Part shown: in pieces, positions 61,255 through 64,000 of the stretch
Layout of the letters: every line of letters starts with the position of its first letter
How positions within the stretch are numbered: the first letter of the stretch is position 1
Translations under genes and position numbers: made by a program
The notes under the pieces: model-generated
Told to the model about the DNA's origin: nothing
What the model saw: the letters and a program-made list of their open reading frames with translations, nothing else
Database searches by the model: none
DNA from: Eukaryota sp. GEM-RC1
Lineage: Eukaryota
DNA: 64,000 bases
Assembly (NCBI GenBank): GCA_040285855.1
Contig: JAUFOQ010000013.1
Span: 1,798,001 to 1,862,000 of the forward strand
Direction of reading: 5' to 3'

Positions 61255-64000
61255 TTCCAAATCAAAGTTGGTACACAAAACGCTGTTTATTTGATATTGA
61301 AGGCTTTTCATCAACAATAACACTCAAACTCACATGTTATTTATTGGTTCTCATCATTGAAAAAGATTTTCTTTTATTATTGATTGGGTTTACATCTTTG
61401 ACATCTTTCAAGTTGTTCGACATTTTTGTATACTTATATTCCGTATCCAAATCATTGCCTCCAAAATATAAATTTGTAAGACCAAATGAAAAATACAAAA
61501 TCCACACGACTAAATTATTTTTGTAAAAGAATCATTTTGTTTATTCTAAAATGGGAGTTTCATTGTTGTGGAAGAACACTTCTAATTGTCTTGTCCATAC
61601 ACTTTTGCTTGGGCTTTTGGTTAATCTAATATGGATGTGTGCCGTTAATAACACAAGCATCATGGAGCTACTTAAGATTGTCCACTTGTCTGCAACCATA
61701 GTTGGAATAGTAGATGATTTCTTCTCCAATAAAGACCAATCATAAAATGACATTCTTTTGTACACTACTGTATGAAGACAGTAAAGACATGTGGTAATCA
61801 TTTTTTGACTCTGTATTGTTGTTGTATCACAACCACTTGACATCATAACCATTGAGATGCTGATACTACAATCGCGTCTGTCATCGATTTTAACAAAAGA
61901 GATAACAACACCTCTACATCATCCTATTCTTACGTCTTTCATTTATCGCTTTCTATTTCTCTCCATTAGTTGAGAAACTGTAAAATTTGGTGTGAAGGTT
62001 AATGTTTAAAAACGTAAAAACGTCCTTTTCAGGAGATGAGTATTCTCAGCATTTGGATAACGTGTCTTTTGGTGATTTGGTCGTTTTGAGAATACTAATC
62101 CTAATCAAACTTGATATACAAAAACGCTGTTAATTTGATATTGAAGACTTTTTAATTATTTCTCATCATTGAAACAGATTTTCGTTTATTATTGATTGGG
62201 TTTACATCTTTCAAGTTGTTCGACATTGTAATATATTTTAATTCAGTACCCAAATCATTGCCTCCAAAATATAAATTTGTAAGACCAAATGAAAAATACA
62301 AAATCCACACGACCAAAATATTTTTGTAAAAGAACTATTTTGTTTATTCTAAAATGGGACTTTCATTGTTGTGGAAGAACACCTCTAATTGTCTTGTCCA
62401 TACACTTTTGCTTGGGCTTTTGGTTACTCTAATATGGATGTGTGCCGTTAATAACACAAGCATCATGGAGCTACTTAAGATTGTCCATTTGTCTGCAACC
62501 ATAGTTGGAATAGTAGATGATTTCTTCTTCAATAAAGACCAATCATAAAATGACAATCTTTTGTACACTACTGTATGAAGACAGTATAGACATGTGGTAA
62601 TCAATTTAATTTGATTTTGTATTGTTGTTGTATCACGGCCACTTGACATCATAACCATTGAGATGCTGATACTACAATCGTGTCTGTCATCGATTTCAAC
62701 AAAAGAGATAACAACACCTCTACATCATCCTATGTTTACGTCTTCCATTTATCGCTTTCTATTTCTCTCTATTAGTTGAGAAACTGTACAAATTTGGTCT
62801 GAAGGTTAATGTTTAAAAACGTAAAAACGTTCTTTTCAGGAGATGAGTATTCTCAGCATTGGGATATCGTGTCTTTTTGTGATTTGGTCGTTTTGAGAGA
62901 TACTAATTCTAATCAAAGTTGATATACAAAAACGCTGTTAATTTGATATTGAAGACTTTTTAATTATTTCTCATCATTGAAACAGATTTTCGTTTATTAT
63001 TGATTGGGTTTACATCTTTCAAGTTGTTCGACATTGTAATATATTTTAATTCAGTACCCAAATCATTGCCTCCAAAATATAAGTTTGTAAGACCAAATGA
63101 AAAATACAAAATCCACACGACCAAAATATTTTTGTAAAAGAACTATTTTGTTTATTCTAAAATGGGACTTTCATTGTTGTGGAAGAACACCTCTAATTGT
63201 CTTGTCCATACACTTTTGCTTGGGCTTTTGGTTACTCTAATATGGATGTGTGCCGTTAATAACACAAGCATCATGGAGCTACTTAAGATTGTCCATTTGT
63301 CTGCAACCATAGTTGGAATAGTAGATGATTTCTTCTTCAATAAAGACCAATCATAAAATGACAATCTTTTGTACACTACTGTATGAAGACAGTATAGACA
63401 TGTGGTAATCAATTTAATTTGATTTTGTATTGTTGTTGTATCACGGCCACTTGACATCATAACCATTGAGATGCTGATACTACAATCGTGTCTGTCATCG
63501 ATTTCAACAAAAGAGATAACAACACCTCTACATCATCCTATGTTTACGTCTTCCATTTATCGCTTTCTATTTCTCTCTATTAGTTGAGAAACTGTACAAA
63601 TTTGGTCTGAAGGTTAATGTTTAAAAACGTAAAAACGTTCTTTTCAGGAGATGAGTATTCTCAGCATTGGGATATCGTGTCTTTTTGTGATTTGGTCGTT
63701 TTGAGAGATACTAATTCTAATCAAAGTTGATATACAAAAACGCTGTTAATTTGATATTGAAGACTTTTTTAATTATTTCTCATCATTGAAACAGATTTTC
63801 GTTTATTATTGATTGGGTTTACATCTTTCAAGTTGTTCGACATTGTAATATATTTTAATTCAGTACCCAAATCATTGCCTCCAAAATATAAGTTTGTAAG
63901 ACCAAATAAAAAATACAAAATCCACACGACCAAAATATTTTTGTAAAAGAACTATTTTGTTTATTCTAAAATGGGACTTTCATTGTTGTGGAAGAACACC
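61255..64000. repeat. ~808-bp tandem repeat array (at least 3.4 units, runs off window)
   Basis: Marker TTATTCTAAAATGGGA at 61541, 62344, 63152, 63961 (periods 803, 808, 809); the first unit is more diverged. Confidence 0.95.

Noticed and set aside
61541..63466. Repeated 103-104 aa and 64 aa ORFs as a tandem gene family
   Set aside because: No recognisable motifs, indel differences between units, and TE-derived DNA in the unit; treated as satellite.

Overview
Compact, apparently intron-free microbial-eukaryote (protist) DNA using the standard genetic code. Conserved housekeeping genes (transketolase, Serrate/Ars2, SAXO-like, Ipi1/TEX10, NOM1/Sgd1, ZSWIM7, Use1, Trk/HKT, Pol32, V-ATPase H, AP-4 sigma, Listerin, Rad52, UvrD/Srs2-like) are interleaved with a family of RI-type LRR genes and many transposon relics: 5'-truncated CRE-like RT-RLE retroelements, two hAT elements, a MULE, two Tc1/mariner-type MITEs and an ~808-bp tandem array. 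Many genes are split by single-base indels at homopolymer runs in both directions, most likely long-read consensus errors, so several provided ORFs are pieces of one gene. The stand-out locus is 39765-45220 (- strand). Once the indels are bridged it reads as one ~1,800-aa polyprotein: repeat-containing leader, 2A ribosome-skipping motif (DLTADGDIESNPG/P), Ulp1/SENP8-like cysteine protease with intact triad, degenerate PolB-exonuclease-like fold, and a Fanzor (eukaryotic TnpB/Cas12 homologue) with intact RuvC D-E-D and a C-terminal zinc knuckle. It is followed by a structured candidate omegaRNA whose putative guide resembles the start of the adjacent V-ATPase H gene. All family calls come from motif recognition by eye; no database search was run.
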